64,000 nt of DNA from an uncultured Clostridia bacterium (GCA_944384585.1 CALWTY010000002.1:27541-91540); one strand, 5' to 3'; positions 42,074-51,132 are shown, counted from the stretch's first letter. Translations and numbers: made by a program. The notes: a model not told the origin generated them from the letters alone.

Positions 42074-43678
42074 ATGTTCAGGAGCATATTTACCAAATAC
42101 ATCACCACCTTTATGCTGATCATCATCGCGAGCTTCGCGATGCTGGCGTCGATCATCAGCACGATGATCGTGAACACCTACTCCGGGACGAGCGATAATC
42201 AGCTTTCCGGGGCGGCGGATTCCATCCGATATCTGATCGAGAAGCGGATGCTCGATTCCGAAAGCGATACGCTGCGGGACTACATCGCCACCAATTCCCC
42301 GGAGATCGGCGCGTATTTCGCGGCGTTTACCAAATACACCGACGACATGGCGATCTTTCTGAGTGATTCGGAGGGAAATATCCTGGCGTCCATGGGCTTC
42401 ACGGACTCGAAATTCGGCAGCAAAAAGCTGTCGGCTTCCGTCATGACCGACGTGAAAAACGGCGGGTATCGCAGCTACGGAAATCTCGGAGGAGTGCTGG
42501 CGGTGAAGCGGGCGGTGCTGGGCGTTCCGATTAAAAATACCGACGGGGAGGTCATCGGCGCGGCATTTGCCTGCACCACGGACAAGAGCCTGAACACGCT
42601 GATGGTGACCACCGTCAAGGCGATCATCATGACCTGCCTGTGGGTGCTGCTGGCGGCGCTCATCGCCGTGTATTTTATCAGCGACAAGATCATTTCGCCG
42701 CTGAAGGATATGGGGAAGGCGGCGAAGTCCTTTGCCGCTGGGAAATTCGATGTGCGGGTTCCCGTAACGGGGCATGACGAGATCTCGGAGCTGGCGGTGG
42801 CTTTCAATAATATGGCGGGGTCCCTTGCCGATCTTGAAAATATGCGCAGTACCTTCCTGTCGAACGTCTCCCATGACCTCCGCACGCCGATGACCACCAT
42901 TTCCGGCTTCATTGACGGCCTGCTCGACGGGACGATCCCGGAGGAAAAGCAGAAGTATTATCTTCGGATGATCGGGGACGAGGTGAGGAGGCTGTCGCGT
43001 CTGGTGGCGGCGCTGCTCGATGTGTCGAGAATCCAGGCGGGAGACCGCAAGTTCACGATGCAGGCCTTCGATATCTGTGAGATGGCGCGGGTGATCCTGC
43101 TCTCCTTTGAGCAAAAGATTGACAAGAAGCGCCTGGAGGTCGCCTTTGAGACCGATGAGGAGAATATGTACGCATGGGCGGATCACGACGCGATCTATCA
43201 GATACTCTATAATATCTGCGACAACGGCGTGAAATTCTCCCGTGAGGGTGGGAAATACCGCATCCGCATCATCGAACGTGACCGAAAGATCTTCGTGTCG
43301 GTTTACAACGAAGGGGAGGGAATCAAGTCGGAGGATCTTCCCCATGTTTTCGAACGGTTCTATAAGGGGGACAAGAGCCGCGGGCTTGATAAGACCGGGA
43401 CGGGTCTTGGGCTCTATATCGCGAAATCGATCATAGACGCTCATAACGAGGAAATCTGGGTCAAGAGCAAGTACGGAGAATACTGCGAGTTTATCTTCAC
43501 TCTGAAGATCGCAAGCGACAGCCAGGTGAAAAAGGCGTTTTCCAAGCCGCTTCCCGAGCCTCCGAAGGCGCTTGAGCAGGGCGGAGAGAAGCCCCGTGAC
43601 AAGGGACGGGAAAAGGGGCGCGATCGGGAGAAGGCGCGCGATAAAGCAAGGGACAAGGGGAAGGAGACCAAGGGCTGA
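42074..43678 (+). CDS. sensor histidine kinase (2 TM, HAMP, HisKA, HATPase_c) with a K/R/D/E-rich tail
   Basis: H-box FLSNVSHDLRTPMTTI, N-box YNICDNGVKFS, G-boxes GTGLGLYIAKSI. The tail is KPRDKGREKGRDREKARDKARDKGKETKG. Confidence 0.9.
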   Translation: MFRSIFTKYITTFMLIIIASFAMLASIISTMIVNTYSGTSDNQLSGAADSIRYLIEKRMLDSESDTLRDYIATNSPEIGAYFAAFTKYTDDMAIFLSDSEGNILASMGFTDSKFGSKKLSASVMTDVKNGGYRSYGNLGGVLAVKRAVLGVPIKNTDGEVIGAAFACTTDKSLNTLMVTTVKAIIMTCLWVLLAALIAVYFISDKIISPLKDMGKAAKSFAAGKFDVRVPVTGHDEISELAVAFNNMAGSLADLENMRSTFLSNVSHDLRTPMTTISGFIDGLLDGTIPEEKQKYYLRMIGDEVRRLSRLVAALLDVSRIQAGDRKFTMQAFDICEMARVILLSFEQKIDKKRLEVAFETDEENMYAWADHDAIYQILYNICDNGVKFSREGGKYRIRIIERDRKIFVSVYNEGEGIKSEDLPHVFERFYKGDKSRGLDKTGTGLGLYIAKSIIDAHNEEIWVKSKYGEYCEFIFTLKIASDSQVKKAFSKPLPEPPKALEQGGEKPRDKGREKGRDREKARDKARDKGKETKG

Positions 43679-43770
43679 ATGCCCGCTCTGATCCCTGACG
43701 GCACACCCCCGGCCGTGGGATACCGACCGTGCATGGCCGGAGCAAAGAAAAACAGGAGGAGATGCCCGAT

Positions 43771-44559
43771 ATGAAAAAAGCTGCAGCGACGATCCTTTCC
43801 ATATTGCTGATTCTGCCGCTTGCTTCCTGCGGGAAGGAGGAAACGCCGCACGCTCTCTATCAGGCTGCGGTGGAGAAGACTCAGGCGCTTGAATCCTATG
43901 AGATGGAGCTCGAAATGGAGATGAAGATGACGGCGGAGGGAATGACGGTTGAGATTCCCATGAAGCTGAACATCAGAATCGCCCGGAAGGACGGGGAGCA
44001 AGTGCGCCGGATCTTAAGCGAGACGCAGGTGATGGGAGAGAAGATCGCCGGCGACGCCTACTTTGAAGGGGAATATACCTACTATACCTCCCCCGACGGG
44101 AATTACAAGATCAAAACGGAGGAGGATGAGGATTCCTTCGGTCCGTTGACGGACATCACCGTGACGCAGCTTGACGAGGCATTCTCCCCGGACGTTAGGA
44201 TGACCGAGGATGACGACGGAAACCGCAGCTTTACGCTGTCGCTCACGGCGGATCAGCTTCCCGATGCGTTCGGGGAGATCATCGAATCGATGACGGAGGA
44301 GAATATCATAGCCGATGTCACCGATATTACACTCACTGCCGTGATCGCGCCTGACGGCTATTTCAGCTCCTTCGCGGTACGCTTCAAAATGCCGATGGAG
44401 ATGTCGGGAACCGAGATCAATACCGACTTTTCGGTGGTCTGCCGCTATGTTGACCCCGGAAAACCGGTGACAGTCGAGGCGCCCGACGGATATCGCGACT
44501 ATCGGGAGAAGAGCGCTTCTTCCGATCCCGATGAGACGGATGAATTGCCATCCGTCTGA
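43771..44559 (+). CDS. lipoprotein of unknown function (LolA/LppX-like beta-sheet lipoprotein guess)
   Basis: MKKAAATILSILLILPLASC lipobox. AGGAGGAG lies 10 nt upstream of the ATG at 43771. Confidence 0.65.
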   Translation: MKKAAATILSILLILPLASCGKEETPHALYQAAVEKTQALESYEMELEMEMKMTAEGMTVEIPMKLNIRIARKDGEQVRRILSETQVMGEKIAGDAYFEGEYTYYTSPDGNYKIKTEEDEDSFGPLTDITVTQLDEAFSPDVRMTEDDDGNRSFTLSLTADQLPDAFGEIIESMTEENIIADVTDITLTAVIAPDGYFSSFAVRFKMPMEMSGTEINTDFSVVCRYVDPGKPVTVEAPDGYRDYREKSASSDPDETDELPSV

Positions 44560-44641
44560 ATCATGAATTGAGAGGGCTTCGCCCGTTCCCCGCAAGATCA
44601 AGGCGGAGGCGGGCGAGGCTGTGTTCGGAAGATGACGGAAG

Positions 44642-44697
44642 TCCCCCATCCTCTGTGGCGTCCCTCGTTGGGAACGGACAGAGGACGGGGGCTTTTT
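44642..44697 (+). terminator. long-stem rho-independent terminator
   Basis: CCCCCATCCTCTGT ... ACAGAGGACGGGGG (one mismatch) followed by CTTTTT. Confidence 0.7.
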
Positions 44698-44725
44698 CGG
44701 AATTGCGCGGGAATAAGGAGGGATT

Positions 44726-45349
44726 TCACGGGCGGCACTGTTCCGGTAAGACCGCCTCCCGGAATGCCAGCTCCTCCTCCCCGATCGAAGAGGAGGAAGG
44801 AGGGGGCGGGGAAAAGAGACGATTCAGCAGGAGGGTGGCGGCGTGCGTGGGAGGGGAGGGCGGTCTGTGATCCAACTCGGTGCGCCTTCGGCGGCAGGCG
44901 GTCAGGGAGGCGGGGAAGAGCAGCGTCATCTCGTGGGCGGAGAGGGGACGGCCTAGACGGCAGTCGAGAAACCGAACGACAGATTCCGGCATCAGCAGCG
45001 CGGCGGCAAACCGATCGGCTTCCCGCTCCTGTTCTCCGCCTCCCTCGGTGTGCCCGAGCAGAACGTGCCCCAATTCATGCGCGATGGTCCAGTTGCGGCG
45101 GCGGGGATTGGATACAAGATCATTATAGAGGATCAGAACGCTGCTGCCTCTTTTGACGGTGAAGCCCTCCGGACGGAACGGCAGTCTTTCTCCCACCGAT
45201 TCCTCATAGGCCGACATGCTGCTGATAATCGCCCGCCCGCCGGTGAGGATACGGCGCAGATCGAGAAAGCAGAGGGAAAAAGCACCGGACGGCTTCTGGC
45301 GGAGCAGGAGGGAAAGCGCCAGCCCTTCAATTCCGGCGGTCGTCATCAT
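44726..45349 (-). CDS. ImmA/IrrE-family zinc metallopeptidase
   Basis: HEXXH motif in WTIAHELGHVLLGH, then EREADRFAAALLMPE. The start is taken at MMTTAG (45349), overlapping the upstream XRE gene stop, which is the typical immR-immA arrangement. Confidence 0.8.
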   Translation of the reverse strand: MMTTAGIEGLALSLLLRQKPSGAFSLCFLDLRRILTGGRAIISSMSAYEESVGERLPFRPEGFTVKRGSSVLILYNDLVSNPRRRNWTIAHELGHVLLGHTEGGGEQEREADRFAAALLMPESVVRFLDCRLGRPLSAHEMTLLFPASLTACRRRRTELDHRPPSPPTHAATLLLNRLFSPPPPSSSSIGEEELAFREAVLPEQCRP

Positions 45350-45671
45350 GTTCGTTTGCGCGGAGAATCGCGCTGAGATTCTTTTTAAAGGAGCGGAGCA
45401 ACGCTTCATGATCATGGGGAGAGATGCGTTTGGCCTCCCGCAGCATGACGATCAGCTCCTCTTCCTCAAGGTCGGCAGGCTGTACTCCGTTCAGATAGTC
45501 AAGGGAGACGCCGAAATAGTCGGCCAGACGGCGAAGATTTTCAAGACTCGGCTCTCGGATGCCCTTTTTCCATTCATAGACGACCGACTTCGGCACGCCG
45601 ATCTCGACGGCGAGATGAAGCGGTGTGATGGCGTGTTCCTTCAGCAGTTTGTTAAAGATGTCGGCAAACAT
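45327..45671 (-). CDS. XRE/ImmR-like HTH repressor
   Basis: FNKLLKEHAITPLHLAVEIGVPKSVVYEWKKGIREPSLENLRRLADYFGVSLDYLNG. Confidence 0.85.
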   Translation of the reverse strand: MFADIFNKLLKEHAITPLHLAVEIGVPKSVVYEWKKGIREPSLENLRRLADYFGVSLDYLNGVQPADLEEEELIVMLREAKRISPHDHEALLRSFKKNLSAILRANEHDDDRRN

Positions 45672-45728
45672 AAGCCCTGCTCCTTTCGGGAAATTTCGGG
45701 TCGTTCTGAAAAATTTATGGCAAGGGGG

Positions 45729-45757
45729 TTGACATTTCCGAAATTTCGGAATATAAT
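45729..45757 (+). promoter_or_regulatory. perfect consensus promoter with a 16-bp palindromic operator in the spacer
   Basis: TTGACA (45729-45734), 17-nt spacer TTTCCGAAATTTCGGAA containing the palindrome TTCCGAAATTTCGGAA (45736-45751), TATAAT (45752-45757). A related GGGAAATTTCGGG lies at about 45689-45701. Confidence 0.6.
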
Positions 45758-45859
45758 AGTGTTACGCGAAACATATGTTCGTTTTTATTATACTCCAAAA
45801 CCAGGATTTTGTCAACAGGAAATCGGAAAAAATGACCGAGCTCCGGAAAGGAAGCAGAA

Positions 45860-46315
45860 ATGAAGGAAAATCGGAAGAAGGCCGCGGAATTTCTCAAGGA
45901 ATATCGGCGGTTGACAGAGAACGAGAAGCTTATAAAAGAACAAATATTCCTTAAAGAGCAGCTCCTGCAGTCGATCCGTATCAGCAATCCGTCGACAGCG
46001 CCCAATGTCGGCGGCAGTTCCCGTTACGAGGACTTTTTGGTCAGGGTGATCTCACAAAAGGAGGAGCTTCGCCTGCGGCTGTTGATCGTGTCGGGGCGGG
46101 CAGACACGATCCGCAGGATCGTCGACACGCTGAAAGGGAAGGAGCGCACGGTCATCGAGAGGTTCTATTTCCGAAGGTCGCCAAGGGCGGCGGATGATCT
46201 GATGGAGGTGCTGTCCCTTGAGAAATCACAGATCTACCGGATCAAGGATGCGGCGCTGGACAAGATCTATGCCGCCATGACCGCCTGCGGCGGGGAAGAG
46301 ACGTTGAGCGAATAG
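45860..46315 (+). CDS. sigma-70 region-4-like phage transcriptional regulator (DUF1492/ArpU/RinA-like)
   Basis: N-terminal coiled segment, then ...IVDTLKGKERTVIERFYFRRSP...MEVLSLEKSQIYRIKDAALDKIYAAM, a region-4-type HTH. Confidence 0.6.
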   Translation: MKENRKKAAEFLKEYRRLTENEKLIKEQIFLKEQLLQSIRISNPSTAPNVGGSSRYEDFLVRVISQKEELRLRLLIVSGRADTIRRIVDTLKGKERTVIERFYFRRSPRAADDLMEVLSLEKSQIYRIKDAALDKIYAAMTACGGEETLSE

Positions 46316-46406
46316 TCGCCTTCCCTTCGCGGCGATGCAGGGGGAAGATGGATCGGATGCCTCGCAAAGCGGGCTCACAGGCTGTGAACAATAGCCGACG
46401 AGGCGG

Positions 46407-46928
46407 TCAGGCAAACAGAAGGCGCGCCGCCAGGCAGGAGAGAAAGACGCCCAGGAGCATGACGAGCAGGGCGGCCGGCAGGGTGTGACGGGTTTTTCTC
46501 ACATCTGCAGCGGACATATAGACGGCGGTGATATAGAGCAGGGTATCGGAGGAGGCGGCCAGGATCGAGGCGCAGCGCGCCGCAAAGCTGTCCGCGCCGA
46601 GCCGCTCATACAGCTCGCTGAGGAGCGCCGTCGAGCCGCTCCCGGAAACCGGGCGAACGATGAGCAGCGGAACAAGCTCGGAGGGAATGCCAAGACGGGA
46701 GAGCAGCGGACGGAGAAGGGAGGCAAGCGCCTCGGCAGCGCCGGAGGCGGTGAACATGGAGACGGCGGTCATGAGAAGCGCGAGGGACGGCAGAAGCCGG
46801 AAGGCCGATTGCAGCCCCTCCTGCGCCCCCTTAAGATAAGCGTCGGGCAGATCCCGACGGGAGAAGCAGCAGGCGAGTCCGAACAGGGACAGCAGCGCAG
46901 GAATGAGAAGAGAGGTAAAGAAATTCAT
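46407..46928 (-). CDS. spmB: spore maturation protein B (nucleoside-recognition/Gate domain)
   Basis: MNFFTSLLIPALLSLFG...LIVRPVSGSGSTALLSELYERLGADSF...LYITAVYMSA. It is adjacent to spmA. Confidence 0.8.
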   Translation of the reverse strand: MNFFTSLLIPALLSLFGLACCFSRRDLPDAYLKGAQEGLQSAFRLLPSLALLMTAVSMFTASGAAEALASLLRPLLSRLGIPSELVPLLIVRPVSGSGSTALLSELYERLGADSFAARCASILAASSDTLLYITAVYMSAADVRKTRHTLPAALLVMLLGVFLSCLAARLLFA

Positions 46929-47015
46929 GGTGAGGATGGCTTGCGGGAAGCGCCCCTTTCGGGAAGAGTGTGGGAAAGACGGTGTGCGGCGCGGGCGTAT
47001 TCCGGCGCGCCGCAT

Positions 47016-47185
47016 CAGGAAGCATTCAATTGCGGGAAATGACGGACGGATCGGATTGCGCGAACGGTGATGAACCCCGGGTGACTCGTCGGGAGAGCGG
47101 CAGGAAGCATTCAGTTGCGGGAAGTGACGGGCGGATCGGATTGCGCGGACGGTGATGAACCCCGGGTGACTCGTCGGGAGAGCGG
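47016..47185. repeat. 85-bp tandem duplication (2 copies, 81/85 identical) spanning the spmA stop codon
   Basis: CAGGAAGCATTCA(A/G)TTGCGGGAA(A/G)TGACGG(A/G)CGGATCGGATTGCGCG(A/G)ACGGTGATGAACCCCGGGTGACTCGTCGGGAGAGCGG occurs at 47016-47100 and 47101-47185. Confidence 0.9.
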
Positions 47186-47746
47186 CGCGAGAGCGCGGGT
47201 GACCGGGATGGCGAAGGCGGCAAGGCAGAGGGAACAGAGCCAGACTGCCGGCAGGATATCAAGGGGATTGCGGCTGCCCGCCGCCGCGCGCAGTGTCATG
47301 ACGGTTGTCGGGATCAGGCTGGGGGAGGCGGTTCCGAGAACGGTGAAGGTCACCATGTCGTCGGTGGCGATTCCCTCCGGCTCTCCCTCCGACAGCGCCC
47401 TCATCGCGTCGATTGCCAGCGGAGTTGCGGCATTGCCGATGCCGAGAAGGTTGGCGGTCAAGGCGGCGGCGATCTCGGTGATCCCCTTTTGTTTACGCCA
47501 TGCATCCGGGAAGGCGAATTTCAACAGGGGAGCAAGCAGTCGGGCGAGGCGATCGGTGATGCCGAGCAGCGTCGCGCCCCGCAGAACACCGCTCCACAGG
47601 CACATCATCCCGAGCAGCGACAGCGTGAGGGTCACGGCCGCAGAACAGCCGCTGACGGCGGCCTCCGAGAGTGCCTGCATATTCCCGCTGAAGAGCGCGT
47701 AAACAAAGGAAACCGTGATCAGGATGCCGGAAATCTTGACTGCCAT
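47111..47746 (-). CDS. spmA: spore maturation protein A (nucleoside-recognition/Gate domain)
   Basis: MAVKISGILITVSFVYALFSGNM...LTANLLGIGNAATPLAIDAMRAL... Confidence 0.8.
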   Translation of the reverse strand: MAVKISGILITVSFVYALFSGNMQALSEAAVSGCSAAVTLTLSLLGMMCLWSGVLRGATLLGITDRLARLLAPLLKFAFPDAWRKQKGITEIAAALTANLLGIGNAATPLAIDAMRALSEGEPEGIATDDMVTFTVLGTASPSLIPTTVMTLRAAAGSRNPLDILPAVWLCSLCLAAFAIPVTRALAPLSRRVTRGSSPSAQSDPPVTSRN

Positions 47747-48059
47747 GGCGGATTCTCCCGTAATGAATGATCGTTCAATTCTTCCCGTTTTCCCAAAAAA
47801 TCGTCGTTCGGCAAGAAAAATCCAGGATGTGGACTGTATAAAATGTCAAAAAGTGGGATAAGATAGGACGAATTGTTAATAAAAAGTAAAAAAACAACGC
47901 TTTTTGTATAAAAGAGATTGACTTAAATGCTAATATATGGTATTATAAGGGCGAAGAATGAAGAAACAGAAGGAAAAGCCCCATTTCTCTGATTTCGGCT
48001 TCTTCCGGACAGCATAGAGCGAGGCGAAGAAGAAAAAAAATACTTGGAGGTAACTCAAA

Positions 48060-48311
48060 ATGAAATCAACCGGAGTCGTGAGAAAAGTGGATGAATTGGG
48101 ACGGATCGTGCTTCCCATTGAAATCAGAAAAAATATGGATATTGCCAATAAAGGGGACGCTGTGGAAATTTTAGTCGACGAGGACAAGATCATCCTGAAA
48201 AAGTATCAGCCGTCCTGCATTTTCTGCGGGAATGCCGATAACGTCACGTTTTATAAAGGAAAGCTCGTCTGCCTGGATTGCATTGCCGACATCAAGAATT
48301 CACTCCGCTGA
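48060..48311 (+). CDS. abrB: AbrB/SpoVT-family transition-state regulator
   Basis: MKSTGVVRKVDELGRIVLPIEIRKNMDI...GDAVEILVDEDKIILKKY is the swapped-hairpin barrel signature. An AT-rich upstream region and GGAGG RBS are present. Confidence 0.9.
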   Translation: MKSTGVVRKVDELGRIVLPIEIRKNMDIANKGDAVEILVDEDKIILKKYQPSCIFCGNADNVTFYKGKLVCLDCIADIKNSLR

Positions 48312-48373
48312 CGGCTGATACCAGTATATGGCGGGGCGCAGCGGAACATTCCGTTTGCGGCGCATGAAAACAG

Positions 48374-48410
48374 AAAACCCGGCTCGCTTCAAACGTGAGT
48401 CGGGTTTTTC
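48374..48410. terminator. bidirectional terminator between abrB and the repeat lipoprotein gene
   Basis: AAAACCCGGCTC (48374-48385) ... GAGTCGGGTTTT (48397-48408), with T-runs on both strands. Confidence 0.75.
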
Positions 48411-48493
48411 CTGGTTTAAAGAAAAAAAGGTCCGTCTGCCTCGGCAAACGGATCTTTCGGTTTTGTAGGGCGATTTCACCCAAGAAGGGGAAA

Positions 48494-48736
48494 TCAGGCA
48501 GCAGCCTCAGTGGTTCCGGCAGCCTCAGTGGTTCCGGCGGCCTCGGTGGTTCCGGCAGCCTCAGTGGTTCCGGCGGCCTCGGTGGTTCCGGCAGCCTCAG
48601 TGGTTCCGGCAGCCTCGGTGGTGGTAGCACCGGCAGTCGTACCCTCGCCGTTATCCTCAGGATCAGTGCAGGAAGCAAGCATAGCGGAAACAGAAATCAG
48701 AGCTGCCGCGGCCAGAATTGCTAAAAACTTTTTCAT
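48494..48736 (-). CDS. 80-aa lipoprotein made almost entirely of (AAGTTE) repeats
   Basis: MKKFLAILAAAALISVSAMLASC (lipobox), then TDPEDNGEGTTAGATTTE(AAGTTE)x6 AAA. It is encoded by 18-bp tandem repeats at about 48497-48615. Confidence 0.7.
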   Translation of the reverse strand: MKKFLAILAAAALISVSAMLASCTDPEDNGEGTTAGATTTEAAGTTEAAGTTEAAGTTEAAGTTEAAGTTEAAGTTEAAA

Positions 48737-49212
48737 TTTAATTCAACCTCTCTGGTTATGTAATGAATCGGGGAACTCCCCCGTCGTCTGGTACTATGAT
48801 ACCATGGCATTGTTAAGCCTAAAGAAACTATAATAAAATATTATGTTTTAAATTTGTGAATGCCGTTTACAAATAAAGGGGAATTGGATACGAAAAGTTA
48901 ATTTCATGAACGAATATGCATAATAATGTAAAGGAAATGAAAACGAGAGCGGGGTATAACTCCAGATTGCCCCGAATATGAATATAAAAGGAAGCAATCG
49001 GGCCGTTATTGGGATGTAAATCGCCGCCCGGTCCGATCAATTGCCGGGAGAAATCGGCTCAAGACCGGGCGTCTGCAGGCGTCGATCGGATCAGGACGCC
49101 ATGCGGCGGGTGGAGAAGTATGCTTGCACCGCGAGGCGGCGGATCGGGGCGGTCGGGGATGACAGCGGCAGGAATGCCTGCTGCTTCCGGAAGGACAAGG
49201 AGGACGGACAGG

Positions 49213-51132
49213 GTGAGAAAAAATGATATAGAGGGGGACGTCGTGCTGATCGGCGCACCGAACTGCGGCAAGACAACGCTCTTCAACGCGCTGACCGGGC
49301 TTCGGCAGACGGTGGGAAACCGCCCCGGTGTTACGGTGGAGGAGAAGCGGGGGAGGCTTCGGCGGAGCGGGTCGGCGCACCCGGTGATCCTCGGTGATCT
49401 GCCGGGCGTCTATTCTCTTGACGGCGTTACCCCGGATGAGCGGGTGGTGACAGAGCGGCTGCGCGATCATCCTCCCGATTTGGCGGTCTGCGTCATCGAT
49501 TCGACGCGACTTGAACGGGGGCTGTATCCTGTCCTCCAGGCGGCGGCCTTCGGGATTCCCTATCTGGTTGTGCTGACGATGATCGATGAGGCGAGGCGCG
49601 TCGGCGCGGTGATCGATACCGAGGCGCTGTCGGCACAGCTGGGATGCCGTGTGCGGAGTGTCTCTGCCAAAACCGGGGAGGGGATAAGCGAGTTGGCGGC
49701 CGCGCTGGGGCAGGGAGAGGAGGGCGGCCTCCCTCCCGAAGAGCTGAAGCTGCCCCGCACGCCGACGGAGCGGCATCGCCTCTGTGCCGAGATCGCAAGA
49801 CGCTGTCTTCGGGGCGGCAGGGGCCGTCGCTTCAGCGAGGGTCTTGACAGACTGCTGCTTCATCGCGTGCTGGCGTTTCCGATCTTTCTTGCGATCCTGT
49901 TTCTGGTCTATGCGGTCTCGGTGTCGACGCTCGGAAAGCTGCTGTCGGAACAGTTGACGGTTTTGATCGCGGGGGAGAGGGTGCAGGCGGCGGTTCGGGT
50001 CTTTCTTCGCACCCACGATGTGCCGGAGGTGATCGGTTCGCTTGTCACCGAAGGCATAATCGGCGGCGTCGGAACCGTCGTCGGTTTTTTTCCGCAGTTT
50101 GTGCTGCTGTTCTTCTTTCTTTCGCTGCTGGAGGAGAGCGGCTATATGAGCCGTGCGGCGGTCATGACCGATCGGATTTTCGCTGCCTTCGGGTTGAGCG
50201 GCGGGTGCTGCGTGCCGATGATTGTCGGGAGCGGCTGCTCTGTGCCGGGAATTCTGGCGACAAGGATCATTCCCGACCGAAGGGAACGGGAGATCGCGGT
50301 GATGACGATCCCCTTTATTCCATGCGGAGCGAAGCTGCCGGTGATCTCCCTGGCGGCGGGCTGCTGCTTCGACGGGGCGATGTGGGTCGCGCCCTCCGTA
50401 TACCTGGCGGGAATCGCATCGGTCTTCCTGTCGGCGCTGCTGATCGGGAGACGGCGGGGGGAGGAGCGGACGATTTTTGTGACGGAGCTTCCGGTGTATC
50501 GGATGCCGGCTTTTTCATCGGTACTCAAGAGTGTTGCGCAGCGGAGCGCGGCGTTTCTCCGCAAAGCGGCGAGCGTGATCTTTTTTGCCAATCTGATGAT
50601 ATGGCTGCTATCCTCCCTCTGTCTCTCGGAGGGAATGCTGCTGATGGACTGCCCGGCGGAGCAGAGTCTGCTCGCTTCGATCGGGCGGCTGGCAGCGCCT
50701 CTCTTTGCGCCGCTCGGCTTCGGCTTTTGGGAGGCGGCGGTGGCGACGCTGATGGGACTGGCGGCGAAGGAGGAGCTGGCGGGTGTGTTCGGTGTGATCG
50801 GATCGGGCGCCTTTCTCCGGGCATCCGCACCGATGACGGGATTGTTCACGCCTGCTTCCGCGTATTCCTTTCTGCTCTTCAATATGCTGTGCATACCCTG
50901 CGCTGCGGCTGTCAGCGCGATGCGGAGTGAACTGAAAGGGAGGGGACGGCTTGCCTTTGCGCTGGGATATCAGACGCTGTTTGCCTATGGGGCGGCGCTG
51001 ACGGTCTATCAGATCTCTCAGTTTTGCGGAGGGCAGGGCAGCGCAATCGGGCTTGCCGTTGCGGGGTTGACGACGACGGCGGTGCTTTGGCGGGCGGGAA
51101 GCGTCTGTCGGAGATTGCGCGGGAGGAAATGA
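49213..51132 (+). CDS. feoB: ferrous iron transport protein B
   Basis: G-domain VVLIGAPNCGKTTLFNALTG...GVTVE...DLPG, then polytopic Gate domains. The start is set at the GTG at 49213, 9 nt after AGGAGG. The tracked upstream 68 codons are R/G-rich junk. Confidence 0.9.
   Translation: MRKNDIEGDVVLIGAPNCGKTTLFNALTGLRQTVGNRPGVTVEEKRGRLRRSGSAHPVILGDLPGVYSLDGVTPDERVVTERLRDHPPDLAVCVIDSTRLERGLYPVLQAAAFGIPYLVVLTMIDEARRVGAVIDTEALSAQLGCRVRSVSAKTGEGISELAAALGQGEEGGLPPEELKLPRTPTERHRLCAEIARRCLRGGRGRRFSEGLDRLLLHRVLAFPIFLAILFLVYAVSVSTLGKLLSEQLTVLIAGERVQAAVRVFLRTHDVPEVIGSLVTEGIIGGVGTVVGFFPQFVLLFFFLSLLEESGYMSRAAVMTDRIFAAFGLSGGCCVPMIVGSGCSVPGILATRIIPDRREREIAVMTIPFIPCGAKLPVISLAAGCCFDGAMWVAPSVYLAGIASVFLSALLIGRRRGEERTIFVTELPVYRMPAFSSVLKSVAQRSAAFLRKAASVIFFANLMIWLLSSLCLSEGMLLMDCPAEQSLLASIGRLAAPLFAPLGFGFWEAAVATLMGLAAKEELAGVFGVIGSGAFLRASAPMTGLFTPASAYSFLLFNMLCIPCAAAVSAMRSELKGRGRLAFALGYQTLFAYGAALTVYQISQFCGGQGSAIGLAVAGLTTTAVLWRAGSVCRRLRGRK

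Noticed and set aside
47016-47185. DGR template/variable-repeat pair (all four differences are A in one copy)
   Set aside because: No reverse transcriptase is nearby. On the coding (minus) strand of spmA the differences are T versus C rather than adenine-specific. Four transitions are compatible with ordinary drift after duplication.
49009-49212. N-terminal 68-codon extension of feoB, or a hidden feoA
   Set aside because: The extension is R/G-rich and lies upstream of a strong AGGAGG-GTG start at the G-domain. No frame resembles the FeoA SH3-like sequence.
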